A DNA stretch of 64,000 nucleotides from Bacillota bacterium (GCA_016280895.1 JAEEHM010000093.1:14987-78986), one strand, 5' to 3'. Counted from the stretch's first letter, positions 49,829-59,617 are shown. The notes: generated by a model not told the origin, from the letters alone. Made by a program: numbers and translations.

Positions 49829-51037
49829 ATGACATTTATATCTACGTATAAATCATTTGTGATGAATGATAATGATACTTTTAATAAAATATATAATGAA
49901 AGATTCAATTCAAATGCAGCTATTAGATTTAATATCTTAATAAATGGATATCAATCTTTTTTTGTTTATGATGTTGAAGTAATGAAATTAGTTCAAAGAA
50001 TAAGAGAGGAAGATAATAAAATAAAGAAATTATTTGATAATATCCCTACATCTCTTTATCAACAGTATTTAAGAAAATCAATGATAGATGAAATAGAATA
50101 CACAAACAAAATCGAAGGAGTAGTATCTACAAGAAAAGAAATTAATGATTTAATCAATGAAATAAAAAAGAAGATTAAAACCCAAAATAGATTTGAAGGT
50201 ATTGTGAATAAATATTTATTATTGATGGAAGATAATAAAAAAATAGAAGATGTTGATGATATAAGAACATTATATGATGAGATGTTGTTAAATGAAATAA
50301 GTGAGGAAGATATAAATAATATACCAGATGGCAAATTATTTAGAAAAAACATAGTCCATGTGTATAATTCTAATAATCAAATTATCCATAATGGTATAAT
50401 ACCAGAAGAGAAGATAATCGAATATTTAAAGGAAGCTTTAAATATATTAAATGATAAAGATATTGATATATTAATAAGATTAGCTATATTTCATTATTTA
50501 TTTGCGTATATTCATCCATTCTATGATGGGAATGGTAGAATTAATAGGTTTATTACTAGTTTATTATTGAAGGATTATCTACATAATACAACAAGCTTTA
50601 GATTAAGTATTTCTATTAAAGAAAATATAAGTGAATATTATGATGCTTTTAAATACACTAATGATATTAGAAATAGAGGAGATATTACTACATTTGTGTA
50701 TGCATTCCTTGATATATTATATAAATCATATCAAAAGACAGAAATATATATTTTAGATAAAATGAAGACATATGATTTTTATAATGAAATAATAGAATCA
50801 TTTGAATTTTTAAATAAGAGTGAATTAGATACAATGAAACTATTGTTGAGTAGTGAAATCTTTGGAGATTTTGGTCTTACAAGGTTTGATCTAATGCAAA
50901 ATTTAAATCTTGGTAATACCACAATTACTAAAATACTTGCAAATCTTAAAAAACTAAATCTATATAAAGAATATCAAAGTGGTAGATATTTCTATTATAG
51001 TGCTAATTTAGAAGAAATTGATACTTATGCTAAATAA
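49829..51037 (+). CDS. Fic family protein with a C-terminal HTH
   Basis: HPFYDGNGRINR canonical Fic motif; TNKIEG inhibitory-like helix. Confidence 0.92.
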   Translation: MTFISTYKSFVMNDNDTFNKIYNERFNSNAAIRFNILINGYQSFFVYDVEVMKLVQRIREEDNKIKKLFDNIPTSLYQQYLRKSMIDEIEYTNKIEGVVSTRKEINDLINEIKKKIKTQNRFEGIVNKYLLLMEDNKKIEDVDDIRTLYDEMLLNEISEEDINNIPDGKLFRKNIVHVYNSNNQIIHNGIIPEEKIIEYLKEALNILNDKDIDILIRLAIFHYLFAYIHPFYDGNGRINRFITSLLLKDYLHNTTSFRLSISIKENISEYYDAFKYTNDIRNRGDITTFVYAFLDILYKSYQKTEIYILDKMKTYDFYNEIIESFEFLNKSELDTMKLLLSSEIFGDFGLTRFDLMQNLNLGNTTITKILANLKKLNLYKEYQSGRYFYYSANLEEIDTYAK

Positions 51038-51044
51038 GAGAAAT

Positions 51045-51088
51045 AATAAGAATAGCAATCTAGATGATTGCTATTCTTATTTTTATTG
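51045..51088 (+). terminator. Intrinsic terminator
   Basis: aataagaatagcaatc-tagat-gattgctattcttatt followed by Ts. Confidence 0.75.
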
Positions 51089-51170
51089 TAAATTCTTAAA
51101 ATTTTAAGAAATAATTAAGTTTACTTTAATTAATAATATGATATAATATAAATATAAGGAGGGAATCTTT

Positions 51171-52289
51171 ATGAAAAAACGTGTAGTACTTGCTGTTGGA
51201 TGTCGACCAGATGCAATTAAAATGATGCCTTTATATAAGGAATTATTAACAAGAAATAGTATTAAACCAATATTACTTTCTACTGGTCAGCAAAAACAAA
51301 ACCTTGAAAAGATATTCGCAGAATTTAGTGTAAAACCAGATTACGATCTACATATCATGCGAAAAGATCAATCAACATTTGAAATCACTATTAATGTGTT
51401 ATCTACTATTCAAGATGTATTAGATGAAATAGAACCTGATTTAGTATTAGTATGTGGTGATACAACAAGTGCATTTGCGATAGCTCTTGCATGCTATTAT
51501 TTAAGAATTCCACTAGGACATGTTGAGGCAGGTTTACGTACAAATAATATTTACTTCCCATATCCAGAAGAAATGAATAGAAAATTCATTTCGATGATTG
51601 CACAGTATAATTTTGCACCTACTAAATATGCGAAAGCTAATTTAGTAAAAGAGGGAGTAAAGGAAGAAAATATTTATGTAACTGGTAATACTATTATAGA
51701 TACTCTACCTTATACTGTAAGACCTAATTATACACATAAGGAATTAGAATGGGTAGGCGATGATAAATTAATATTTATCACTGCACATCGAAGAGAAAGC
51801 ATTGGAAAAGCAATGCACAATATGTTTAAAGCAATCAGAAAAGTATTAGATGAAAACAAAGATGTGAAAGCAATCTATCCAATTCATATGAATCCACAGG
51901 TAAGAAAAGCTGCAATGGAAGAATTAGGTGGATGTGATAGAATTCACATCATTGAACCTTTAGATGTTGTAGATTGTCATAACTTTGAAGCAAGCTCTTA
52001 TCTAATATTAACTGATAGTGGTGGTATTCAAGAAGAAGCACCTACTATGGGTATACCAGTACTTGTTATGAAGAAGACTACAGATAGACCAGAGGGAGTT
52101 ATAGCTGGAACATCTAAGGTAGTTGGTACAAGTGAACAATCAATATATAAAGAATTCTCTAAGCTTATTAAAAATAAAGCTGCTTATGCGAAAATGTCTA
52201 AAAAAACAAATCCTTATGGAGATGGACATGCATGTGAAAGAATTGCAGACATTATTGAAGGCAAAGAATATCAAGAATGGAAGAATTAA
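51171..52289 (+). CDS. wecB: UDP-N-acetylglucosamine 2-epimerase (non-hydrolysing)
   Basis: GCRPDAIK, GDTTS, HVEAGLRT, PYPEEMNR, HRRES, TDSGGIQEEAP, NPYGDG. Confidence 0.9.
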   Translation: MKKRVVLAVGCRPDAIKMMPLYKELLTRNSIKPILLSTGQQKQNLEKIFAEFSVKPDYDLHIMRKDQSTFEITINVLSTIQDVLDEIEPDLVLVCGDTTSAFAIALACYYLRIPLGHVEAGLRTNNIYFPYPEEMNRKFISMIAQYNFAPTKYAKANLVKEGVKEENIYVTGNTIIDTLPYTVRPNYTHKELEWVGDDKLIFITAHRRESIGKAMHNMFKAIRKVLDENKDVKAIYPIHMNPQVRKAAMEELGGCDRIHIIEPLDVVDCHNFEASSYLILTDSGGIQEEAPTMGIPVLVMKKTTDRPEGVIAGTSKVVGTSEQSIYKEFSKLIKNKAAYAKMSKKTNPYGDGHACERIADIIEGKEYQEWKN

Positions 52290-52519
52290 GATAAAAAGGA
52301 AATGCAAAACTTTGGTTTTGCTTTTTTTATTTTCAAATTATACTATGTATTGTAAAGTGGACTGGAAGTAATTGAAGAAATATTTAAGTATATTTAATTG
52401 AAATTTTAGTAATTTTCCTATATCAATTTATAAATATATATATTAGATAACTATAAATATTTTATATATTATACTTATCATCAATATAAAATGTATCATA
52501 AATAATATAGGAGGAGAAA

Positions 52520-53931
52520 ATGGATAAAATTTTATAAGCGAATATAAATATTTTACAGAAGAACATTTGCTTAAAGTGCTTGGGGAAGATAAAAGAAAGA
52601 TATGTGAAGTAGATAATTATAAAAAAGATTATTATTTTGAAAATGCATATATTCAAGAAGAAAATAATGAGTATATTTTGTATTTAGGAATTAAATATGA
52701 AAAGTATTTCTATATCAAACTTAATAATAAGATGGATGATGATGATATCAAACTAATAAAAAGTATAATCAATAATTTTATTAAAATTAGCATGTATTCC
52801 ATAGATGGAAAAAAACAACATGATTATAATTCAAAAATTAGTAAAAATAGAAATTATCAGTATGCTCTACAAATAGGAATATGCGAATGGCTAATAGGAG
52901 GAAATGCTAATATAACAAATATTGAGAATCTATTTAATATTTTAGAAAAATGGTCATTAAAAACATATGAAGGGAAAAAAGTATCTTATGGATTTGTTAT
53001 TAATACTGAAATCAAAGACACTGATGAGAATAACGATGACTTTCTAGAATTTCTTAAAGATGACTTTAGTGCTGTATTAACTGATCCAATAAGTTCGGTG
53101 TTTGAATTAGATTCAAATTGTAATTTTGTTTCCTACAAGACCATACTTGACGAAAATAATAGTGGCTGGGTAGATGGATTTCAATTAATTAATAATTTGC
53201 CATATAGATTTGCAAATCTAATATATAAATTTGTTGATAATCCTAATAAGATGGGAATCTTTCTGCTAAATAATGGAGATATTATTCTATCTAAAAATAG
53301 AGAAATTAGGTTTGTAAAAAGAAATAATGAGTGGTTGAATTTTAATGTCAAGGCATTCCGTAACGCAGTTGAAGATTACATAGTCATTAATAAACTATCA
53401 GATAAATTATTAAATGAAGTTTATTCAACAGTTCTTGATGTTTCATTTTCTCATACTGGCGGAATAATCGCTATTGTTAATAATATTAATCAACTAATCA
53501 ATGATGAAGTATTAAATAAATGTGATTATTTATCATATGATTATTCAAATGATTATATAAAGAAAGATTTAGAAAAGAATAATGAGAATAGCGATAATCC
53601 TACAAATAATGATGTTTTAGAAAAAGATATTAACAAAAGATTATTAAAAAGAAGCATAATTCGAAAAACTTTAAATGGTGAATATGATTTTGTATCAATA
53701 AATAGAAAATTGAGATGTGAGTTAGTAAGTTTAGATGGAGCGTGCATAATTACAAATTATGGTAAAGTATGTTCGTTCGGAGCTATCATAAAAAATGATA
53801 GTGGATCAACAGGTGGTGGTAGAGGCGCTGCCGCCAAAAAGCTATCTTCTGATGGGCTTGCAATAAAGATATCAACTGATGGTTACATAGAAGTATATAT
53901 CAAGCAAAAATGCGTTTATAAAATAAAATAA
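52520..53931 (+). CDS. Protein with a C-terminal DisA_N/diadenylate-cyclase-like domain; apparent frameshift just after the RBS-supported start (intact ORF from TTG 52567)
   Basis: SHTGGII, LVSLDGACII, GGGRGAAAKKLS, AIKISTDG; GGAGGAG-ATG 52520 is out of frame by one A. Confidence 0.6.
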
Positions 53932-53935
53932 AAAT

Positions 53936-54100
53936 TTGACAAATTATTAATAAAAGTATATAATATAGTTACAAATTAAAGATAGTATAGCGGGAAATCG
54001 TTTTTACTAGATCATACTTAAATGGATGGTTTATGTATGAGTGCGACGCGGAGAGCGTAGAAAAAAGATGCAAAACAATAGTTTTGCATTTTTCTTTTTA
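53936..54100 (+). ncRNA. Candidate stand-alone ~130-nt small RNA with its own promoter and terminator
   Basis: TTGACA 53936-53941, 17 bp, TATAAT 53959-53964; three hairpins; terminator atgcaaaac-aata-gttttgcat followed by Ts. Confidence 0.5.
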
Positions 54101-54255
54101 TATTTAGAAATTTTTTGACTATTTTTTGTAAATATATAAATGAAGGGAAATTATAATTTTTTCAGATTTTTTCAATTTTTGATACAAAATGTATCACAAA
54201 CAAAGAAAATACATATGATAATATGCATATTTTCTTCAAAAAATATATTTTAATG

Positions 54256-54339
54256 AATATTCAAATATTTTGAATATTGCTTGAAAAATAAGAATAATTA
54301 TAGTATAATACTATTGAATATTCAAATAATTTGAATATT
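54256..54339 (+). promoter_or_regulatory. Promoter flanked by two identical-arm 23-bp palindromes
   Basis: aatattcaaa-N3-tttgaatatt at 54256 and 54317; TTGAAA 54281, 17 bp, TATAAT 54304. Confidence 0.7.
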
Positions 54340-54350
54340 GGAGGTAAAAT

Positions 54351-55460
54351 ATGGTAATTATGAAGATGAAATTAGATAATGTGTTAGCATTCAATAATTT
54401 TGAAGTAAACTTTTCTTATCCACAAAAATTGAAAAGATCCTTAATTCAAAATGAATATTTATGTAATTATACTAATTTTAGATATAAAAAAGCAAACATA
54501 TTTTTTGGATCAAATGCATCTGGAAAAACTAGCTTAATAAAATGTATTTGGGATATAGTGTGTTTATTAAAATATAAAGATATAAGTTTTTTAAGAAAAG
54601 AAATTAATAGAAATAATGCGTTTATTGAAATAGATTTTGTAGATGATAACAATAGTTATTATATCTATAGGATGAAAATAAAGATTGATAATAATGATAC
54701 ATTAATAGCTATAAATAGAATTTTATTGAAAGAAGAAGATTCGTATGAAAAAATATCTAAGTTATTAGGCAATTTAAAATATGAATACAAAGATTATTTA
54801 GAATCTCTAAAACAATATGATTTCAATATATCTTGGTATGCTTTACTGCCTGCTACTGAAGAAGGTTTTGATATTGTAAGATTAGTTGAATGTAACAATG
54901 ATAAAGAAAGAAAAGAATATTTTAATATTTTAAATTCTGTTTTAAATTCATTAGATACATCAATTATGAATGTTAAAAGTAGTAATGACGCAAAAGATGC
55001 TATTGTGATAGAACATGAAAATGTTGGTAAAATAATAGTACAAGCTGGAAATAAAATATCTAACATTCCATATTTATCTAGTGGAACTAAATATGGAATA
55101 AGTATAGCTAATATGCTTTATTATGTTAAAAATAAAAAAGATGCAATCTTTTTAATTGATGAACAATTTTCATATGTAAATTCTGATTTAGAAAAAGCAA
55201 TATTATCTACAATGATTTCACTACTTGGTGAAAGTGCACAATTGTTCTATACAACACATAATGAAGATGTACTAGAATTAGCTTATCCTTTCCATTCATT
55301 CTACTTTATGAAAAAGAAGTGCATTGCAAATCAACAAGTTATTGAAGTATCTTGTGCATCAGAAGTAGAGAATAGAAACAACGTTTCAGCTAAAAGTATC
55401 ATTGATAATGATATCTTTTCAACAGTACCAAATGTTGAAAAGATATATGAGATTATATAA
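54351..55460 (+). CDS. AAA_21/RloA-like ATPase with no partner gene
   Basis: GSNASGKT, LSSGTK, FLIDEQF, QLFYTTHN. Confidence 0.85.
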   Translation: MVIMKMKLDNVLAFNNFEVNFSYPQKLKRSLIQNEYLCNYTNFRYKKANIFFGSNASGKTSLIKCIWDIVCLLKYKDISFLRKEINRNNAFIEIDFVDDNNSYYIYRMKIKIDNNDTLIAINRILLKEEDSYEKISKLLGNLKYEYKDYLESLKQYDFNISWYALLPATEEGFDIVRLVECNNDKERKEYFNILNSVLNSLDTSIMNVKSSNDAKDAIVIEHENVGKIIVQAGNKISNIPYLSSGTKYGISIANMLYYVKNKKDAIFLIDEQFSYVNSDLEKAILSTMISLLGESAQLFYTTHNEDVLELAYPFHSFYFMKKKCIANQQVIEVSCASEVENRNNVSAKSIIDNDIFSTVPNVEKIYEII

Positions 55461-55490
55461 AAAACATTATCCTTTTTGGATAATGTTTTT
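55460..55490. terminator. Bidirectional terminator between the convergent ATPase and toxN genes
   Basis: aaaaacattatcc-ttttt-ggataatgttttt. Confidence 0.75.
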
Positions 55491-55975
55491 TACTTATACT
55501 CTTTATATTTTTCTTCGAGTAATTTCAAGTTACAAATACGATTTTTGATTATTCTTTGATGAGAAGTTAATTTCGATTCATCTAAAAAAGCAATTGTTCT
55601 TATTTTAAAAGCATTTTTTTGTATTATTTCAAAATCATTATTTAATTCTATATATTGGTTTTGAAGTAGTCTTCGATATTTATGATCTTGTATGTTATTA
55701 ATGTTAACTTCAATAAGAGCTTCATCGATTACGGGAATCATATTGTTTAGTAAGATGGCACCATACTTGCCATTACCTATTTTTCTAAAATCAATTGCGT
55801 TTTTCATATTAACGTGCTTTTGTTTAGGAGAAGTAAATGGGGCGTAGTATTTAAGATCTCCGACTTGTAATACAATTCCAATGTATGGTCTTGATTCGTG
55901 TTTGTTAAAACACACTTTCTCATCAAATTGATGCAAATAATTAATATAATCATCTGTAATATTATAAACTCTCAT
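55490..55975 (-). CDS. toxN: Type III toxin-antitoxin ToxN/AbiQ family endoribonuclease
   Basis: YINYLHQFDEKV..NK...RPYIGIVL...YYAPFTSPKQKH...LNNMIPV; upstream repeat array and terminator. Confidence 0.9.
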   Translation of the reverse strand: MRVYNITDDYINYLHQFDEKVCFNKHESRPYIGIVLQVGDLKYYAPFTSPKQKHVNMKNAIDFRKIGNGKYGAILLNNMIPVIDEALIEVNINNIQDHKYRRLLQNQYIELNNDFEIIQKNAFKIRTIAFLDESKLTSHQRIIKNRICNLKLLEEKYKEYK

Positions 55976-55991
55976 ATATTTCCCCCTTAGA

Positions 55992-56150
55992 TAAAAAAAT
56001 AGGAGGCCATTTCCTGCCCCTATATTGGTCTCATTTATGGCTGAGAATCACCGCTTTTTTAGGTCTCCACTTTATGGTAGGAGCTCACCGCTTTTTTAGG
56101 GCCCCTCTTTATGGTGGAGGCTCACCGCTCTTTATAAGTATCTCTACTTA
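55992..56150 (-). ncRNA. toxI: Type III antitoxin RNA (ToxI-like): three ~35-38 nt pseudoknot repeats plus terminator
   Basis: Minus strand: GCGGTGAGCCTCCACCATAAAGAGGGGCCC / GCGGTGAGCTCCTACCATAAAGTGGAGACC / GCGGTGATTCTCAGCCATAAATGAGACC joined by A-rich linkers; hairpin ataggggc...gcctcctat + T run precedes toxN. Confidence 0.85.
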
Positions 56151-56157
56151 CACCATT

Positions 56158-56186
56158 ATTTTACTATAATAGAAATGTTTTGTCAA
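56158..56186 (-). promoter_or_regulatory. toxIN promoter
   Basis: Minus-strand TTGACA-17-TAAAAT. Confidence 0.7.
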
Positions 56187-56281
56187 GTGAATTATTAACT
56201 ATTGTTGATATTTTTTTATCTTTAAAAAAGCAATATTTTAACCATAAAATTTGCACTTTTTTGGCTCTTAAATCATTTTAT

Positions 56282-56332
56282 TTGACATTTATCTCCAAGA
56301 GTAGTAAAATATAAAAATGAAAATCATTTTCA
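56282..56332 (+). promoter_or_regulatory. Promoter and Fur-family 7-1-7 operator
   Basis: TTGACA 56282, 17 bp, TAAAAT 56305; tgaaaat-c-attttca at 56318-56332. Confidence 0.7.
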
Positions 56333-56345
56333 AATTGAGGTATAT

Positions 56346-56747
56346 ATGAAATATAACACACAACATAAAAAAGAAGTATTAGAATTAATAAAATCATATC
56401 ATGGAGAGCATTTTTCTGTAGAAGAATTATATGTAAATGCGAATGTTCAAAAGATAAAAATATCTTTAACAACTTTATATCGCCTAATTAATGAATTAGT
56501 TGAAGAAAACATCTTAAAGAAATTCTATGTTGATTTCACACATAATGCATGTTACAGAGAAGCTAATTGTGAAAATACAGATGATCATCTTCATATGATA
56601 TGCACTAAATGTAATAAGCTAATGCACATCGAAAGTAAAGATTTAATTAATGATTTTAAAAATATTGAAAAAGATGAAAATATTGAAATAGATATGTCAA
56701 AGATAGTATTGTATGGAGTATGCGATGAATGTAAGGAAAAACATTAA
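56346..56747 (+). CDS. Fur/Zur family transcriptional regulator
   Basis: HFSVEEL, SLTTLYR, HLHMICTKC, LYGVCDEC. Confidence 0.9.
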   Translation: MKYNTQHKKEVLELIKSYHGEHFSVEELYVNANVQKIKISLTTLYRLINELVEENILKKFYVDFTHNACYREANCENTDDHLHMICTKCNKLMHIESKDLINDFKNIEKDENIEIDMSKIVLYGVCDECKEKH

Positions 56748-57072
56748 AAGCTTCTTGATAATATCTTTTATTATATCAATGATATTATCAGTATATCATC
56801 TTAATCATTGTGATAATGATGATTGCCTATGGTGTATATTATCATTATTTATTATAAACATCATCATCTTAAAAGATGTATTTTCATATATTGTGTTTAA
56901 TTTGAATTATTTTGAATTCGCATATAATTACATTGATTTTAAGATAAGAGAAGTAAAGGAAGATGCAAATAAAGAAGATTATACACAAAATTTAAGGCCT
57001 TATTTTAACAAATTAAAAGGATTATTAAACTTAAATACACTAATTTCTAATAAAGTTCTTCAAAGAATCTAG
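56725..57072 (+). CDS. Small membrane protein with an HxxHCxxxxCxxC motif
   Basis: TM - HLNHCDNDDCLWC - TM; GGAG before ATG 56725; lies inside the metal operon. Confidence 0.55.
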   Translation: MNVRKNIKSFLIISFIISMILSVYHLNHCDNDDCLWCILSLFIINIIILKDVFSYIVFNLNYFEFAYNYIDFKIREVKEDANKEDYTQNLRPYFNKLKGLLNLNTLISNKVLQRI

Positions 57073-57123
57073 AACATAAATTTATTTAATTATTTAAATA
57101 AATTTATGGATAAGGAGGATAAA

Positions 57124-58074
57124 ATGAAGAAAATATTATTAAGTTTATTTATATTTTTATGTATGTTTGCGTTTTTAACAGGATGCAAAAAAGAAGATAG
57201 TGATAAAATCAAAATTGTGTGCACAATTTTTCCTGAATATGATTGGGTAAAAGAAGTTACAAATTATGATAGTGATAAATATGATGTGAAATTATTATTA
57301 AACAGTGGTATTGATATGCATTCATATCAAGCATCTATTGATGATATTGCAACAATACAAACATCTGATTTATTCATTTATGTTGGTGGAGAAAGCGATG
57401 AATGGGTTGAAGATGTTTTAGAAGGTGCTAAAAATGCTCCAATGACTTTAAATTTGATGGATATCTTAAAAGATAAAATCAAAGAAGAAGAAATCAAAGA
57501 AGGTATGGAGCATGAAGGCGAAGAAGAACATGATCACGAAGAGAAAGAATATGATGAACATGTTTGGTTATCAATCTTAAATTCTAAAATTATTGTTGAA
57601 AAGATAGCAGCTACTTTAAAAGAGTTAAATAAAGAAGATGCAGCAAAAATAGAAGACGCTAAAGCAAATTATATTGCTAAACTGGATGCTCTTCATCAAT
57701 CTTATGTTTCTGCATTAAGTACAGCTTCTAATAAAACATTAATTTTTGGTGATAGATTTCCATTTAGATATTTAGTTGATGATTATAAATTAGATTATTA
57801 TGCAGCATTTGTGGGATGCTCTGCTGAAAGTGAAGCAAGCTTTGAAACTATCATCTTCCTTGCAAACAAGGTAGATGAATTAAAGGCCAAGGTTATTTTA
57901 AAAATTGATAATGCATCTGATAAGATTGCGAAATCAATTAAAAATAATACAAGCACAAAGGATCAAATAATTCTAAGTTTGAATTCTATGCAAGTAACGA
58001 CTACAAAAGATAATCTATCATACATTAAAATAATGGAAGATAATTTAGAAATATTAAAACAAGCAACAAGGTAG
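57124..58074 (+). CDS. Zn/Mn ABC transporter substrate-binding lipoprotein (ZnuA/AdcA-like)
   Basis: LTGC lipobox, DMHSYQ, His/Glu-rich loop, DEHVWLS, DRFPFRY. Confidence 0.9.
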   Translation: MKKILLSLFIFLCMFAFLTGCKKEDSDKIKIVCTIFPEYDWVKEVTNYDSDKYDVKLLLNSGIDMHSYQASIDDIATIQTSDLFIYVGGESDEWVEDVLEGAKNAPMTLNLMDILKDKIKEEEIKEGMEHEGEEEHDHEEKEYDEHVWLSILNSKIIVEKIAATLKELNKEDAAKIEDAKANYIAKLDALHQSYVSALSTASNKTLIFGDRFPFRYLVDDYKLDYYAAFVGCSAESEASFETIIFLANKVDELKAKVILKIDNASDKIAKSIKNNTSTKDQIILSLNSMQVTTTKDNLSYIKIMEDNLEILKQATR

Positions 58075-58080
58075 ATAAAT

Positions 58081-58761
58081 ATGCAAATAAAATGTGAGAA
58101 TTTAAGTGTTGGTTATGAGAAAAAAGAAATATTAAAAGATATTAATATTTCTATAAAAGATAATGCTTATGTATGCATTATTGGACCAAATGGAGCTGGT
58201 AAAACCACACTTTTAAAAACAATGATTGGTTTAATTAAACCAATAAGCGGTAAAATCAATTTTGAAGATGTAAATAAAAATGAGATAAGCTACTTATCTC
58301 AATTTACAGAAGTTCAAAATGATTTTCCTGCAACTGTAAGAGAGGTAATAACATCTGGTTTATTTAATAAGAATAAATTTAAATTGTTTTATAATAAAGA
58401 AGATAAAGAAGAAGTAAATAAGATGCTTGAAAAATATAATTTATTAGAAAAAGCAAATACTTCTTTTCGAGATTTATCAGGTGGTCAAAAACAAAAAGTA
58501 CTGCTTGCAAGAAGTTTAATTAGAAAACCAAAGATCTTATTTTTAGATGAACCTACTAGTAGTTTAGATGCTAATTCAATTATTGAATTATATCAAACAT
58601 TAAAAGATATAAATAAAGATGGTGTTATGATTATCATGATATCTCATGATATTAAAACATCACTTGCGTATGCTAGTGATATTTTATATATTGGAGATGA
58701 AATCATTTATCAAAAAAAGGAAGACTTTGATTTAAATAAAATCGGTCTTATTGGTGAATAA
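58081..58761 (+). CDS. Metal ABC transporter ATP-binding protein (ZnuC-like)
   Basis: GPNGAGKT, LSGGQKQK, LFLDEP, ISHD. Confidence 0.92.
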   Translation: MQIKCENLSVGYEKKEILKDINISIKDNAYVCIIGPNGAGKTTLLKTMIGLIKPISGKINFEDVNKNEISYLSQFTEVQNDFPATVREVITSGLFNKNKFKLFYNKEDKEEVNKMLEKYNLLEKANTSFRDLSGGQKQKVLLARSLIRKPKILFLDEPTSSLDANSIIELYQTLKDINKDGVMIIMISHDIKTSLAYASDILYIGDEIIYQKKEDFDLNKIGLIGE

Positions 58762-58762
58762 T

Positions 58763-59617
58763 ATGAATATATTTGAAAAGATTATTTATTATTTCACTAA
58801 TTTCCCTTTTGTGAGATATGCACTAATTGTAACTGTGTTAATCGCATTAGTATCAGCACTTTTAGGTATTACTTTAGTATTAAAGAGATTTTCATATATT
58901 GGTGATGGCTTGTCTCATGTTGGTTTTGGTGCTATGGCTATTGCTACTATTATCAATTTAACAAATGATTTACTGATTGTACTACCTGTAACAATACTTT
59001 GTGCAATATTACTTTTAAAAAGTAGTAAAAATGTGAAAATTAAAGGTGATGCTTTAATTTCAATGGTATCTGTTGGTGCATTAGCTTTTGGTTATTTACT
59101 TCTAAATATCTTTCCATCATCTGGTAATTTAAGTGGAGATATTTGTACAACCTTATTTGGATCAACATCAATTCTCACATTATCTGCGCGTGATATGATT
59201 ATATGTGTAATATTGTGTGTAATAACATTGATTTGTTATGTGGTATTTTATAATTCAATATTCTTAGTAACATTTGATGAAGATTATGCTAAATCAATTG
59301 GTATTAACACAAATATTTATAATATCATCTTAGCTACATTTATCGCAGTAATTGTAGTACTTGCAATGAATTTAGTTGGAACACTTTTAATATCAGCACT
59401 TGTAATATTTCCAGCTTTATCAGCCATGAGAATATGCAAGAGCTATAAAAAAGTAGTAATTGCATCAGCAATTATTTCAATTTTATCATCAAGCATTGGT
59501 CTTATTTCATCAATTGCGTTCAATACACCAGTTGGTGCAACAATTGTGGTGTTAGATGTCATTATCTTTTTAGTCTTTTATTTAATCGGACTAATTAGAT
59601 CAAAGGTGAGTGCGTAA
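58763..59617 (+). CDS. Metal ABC transporter permease (ZnuB-like)
   Basis: IGDGLSHVGFG, TFDEDYA, VGTLLISAL, PVGATIV. Confidence 0.92.
   Translation: MNIFEKIIYYFTNFPFVRYALIVTVLIALVSALLGITLVLKRFSYIGDGLSHVGFGAMAIATIINLTNDLLIVLPVTILCAILLLKSSKNVKIKGDALISMVSVGALAFGYLLLNIFPSSGNLSGDICTTLFGSTSILTLSARDMIICVILCVITLICYVVFYNSIFLVTFDEDYAKSIGINTNIYNIILATFIAVIVVLAMNLVGTLLISALVIFPALSAMRICKSYKKVVIASAIISILSSSIGLISSIAFNTPVGATIVVLDVIIFLVFYLIGLIRSKVSA

Noticed and set aside
56027-56136. Mini CRISPR array
   Set aside because: There are no unique spacers; the promoter-repeats-terminator-toxN layout identifies a type III antitoxin.
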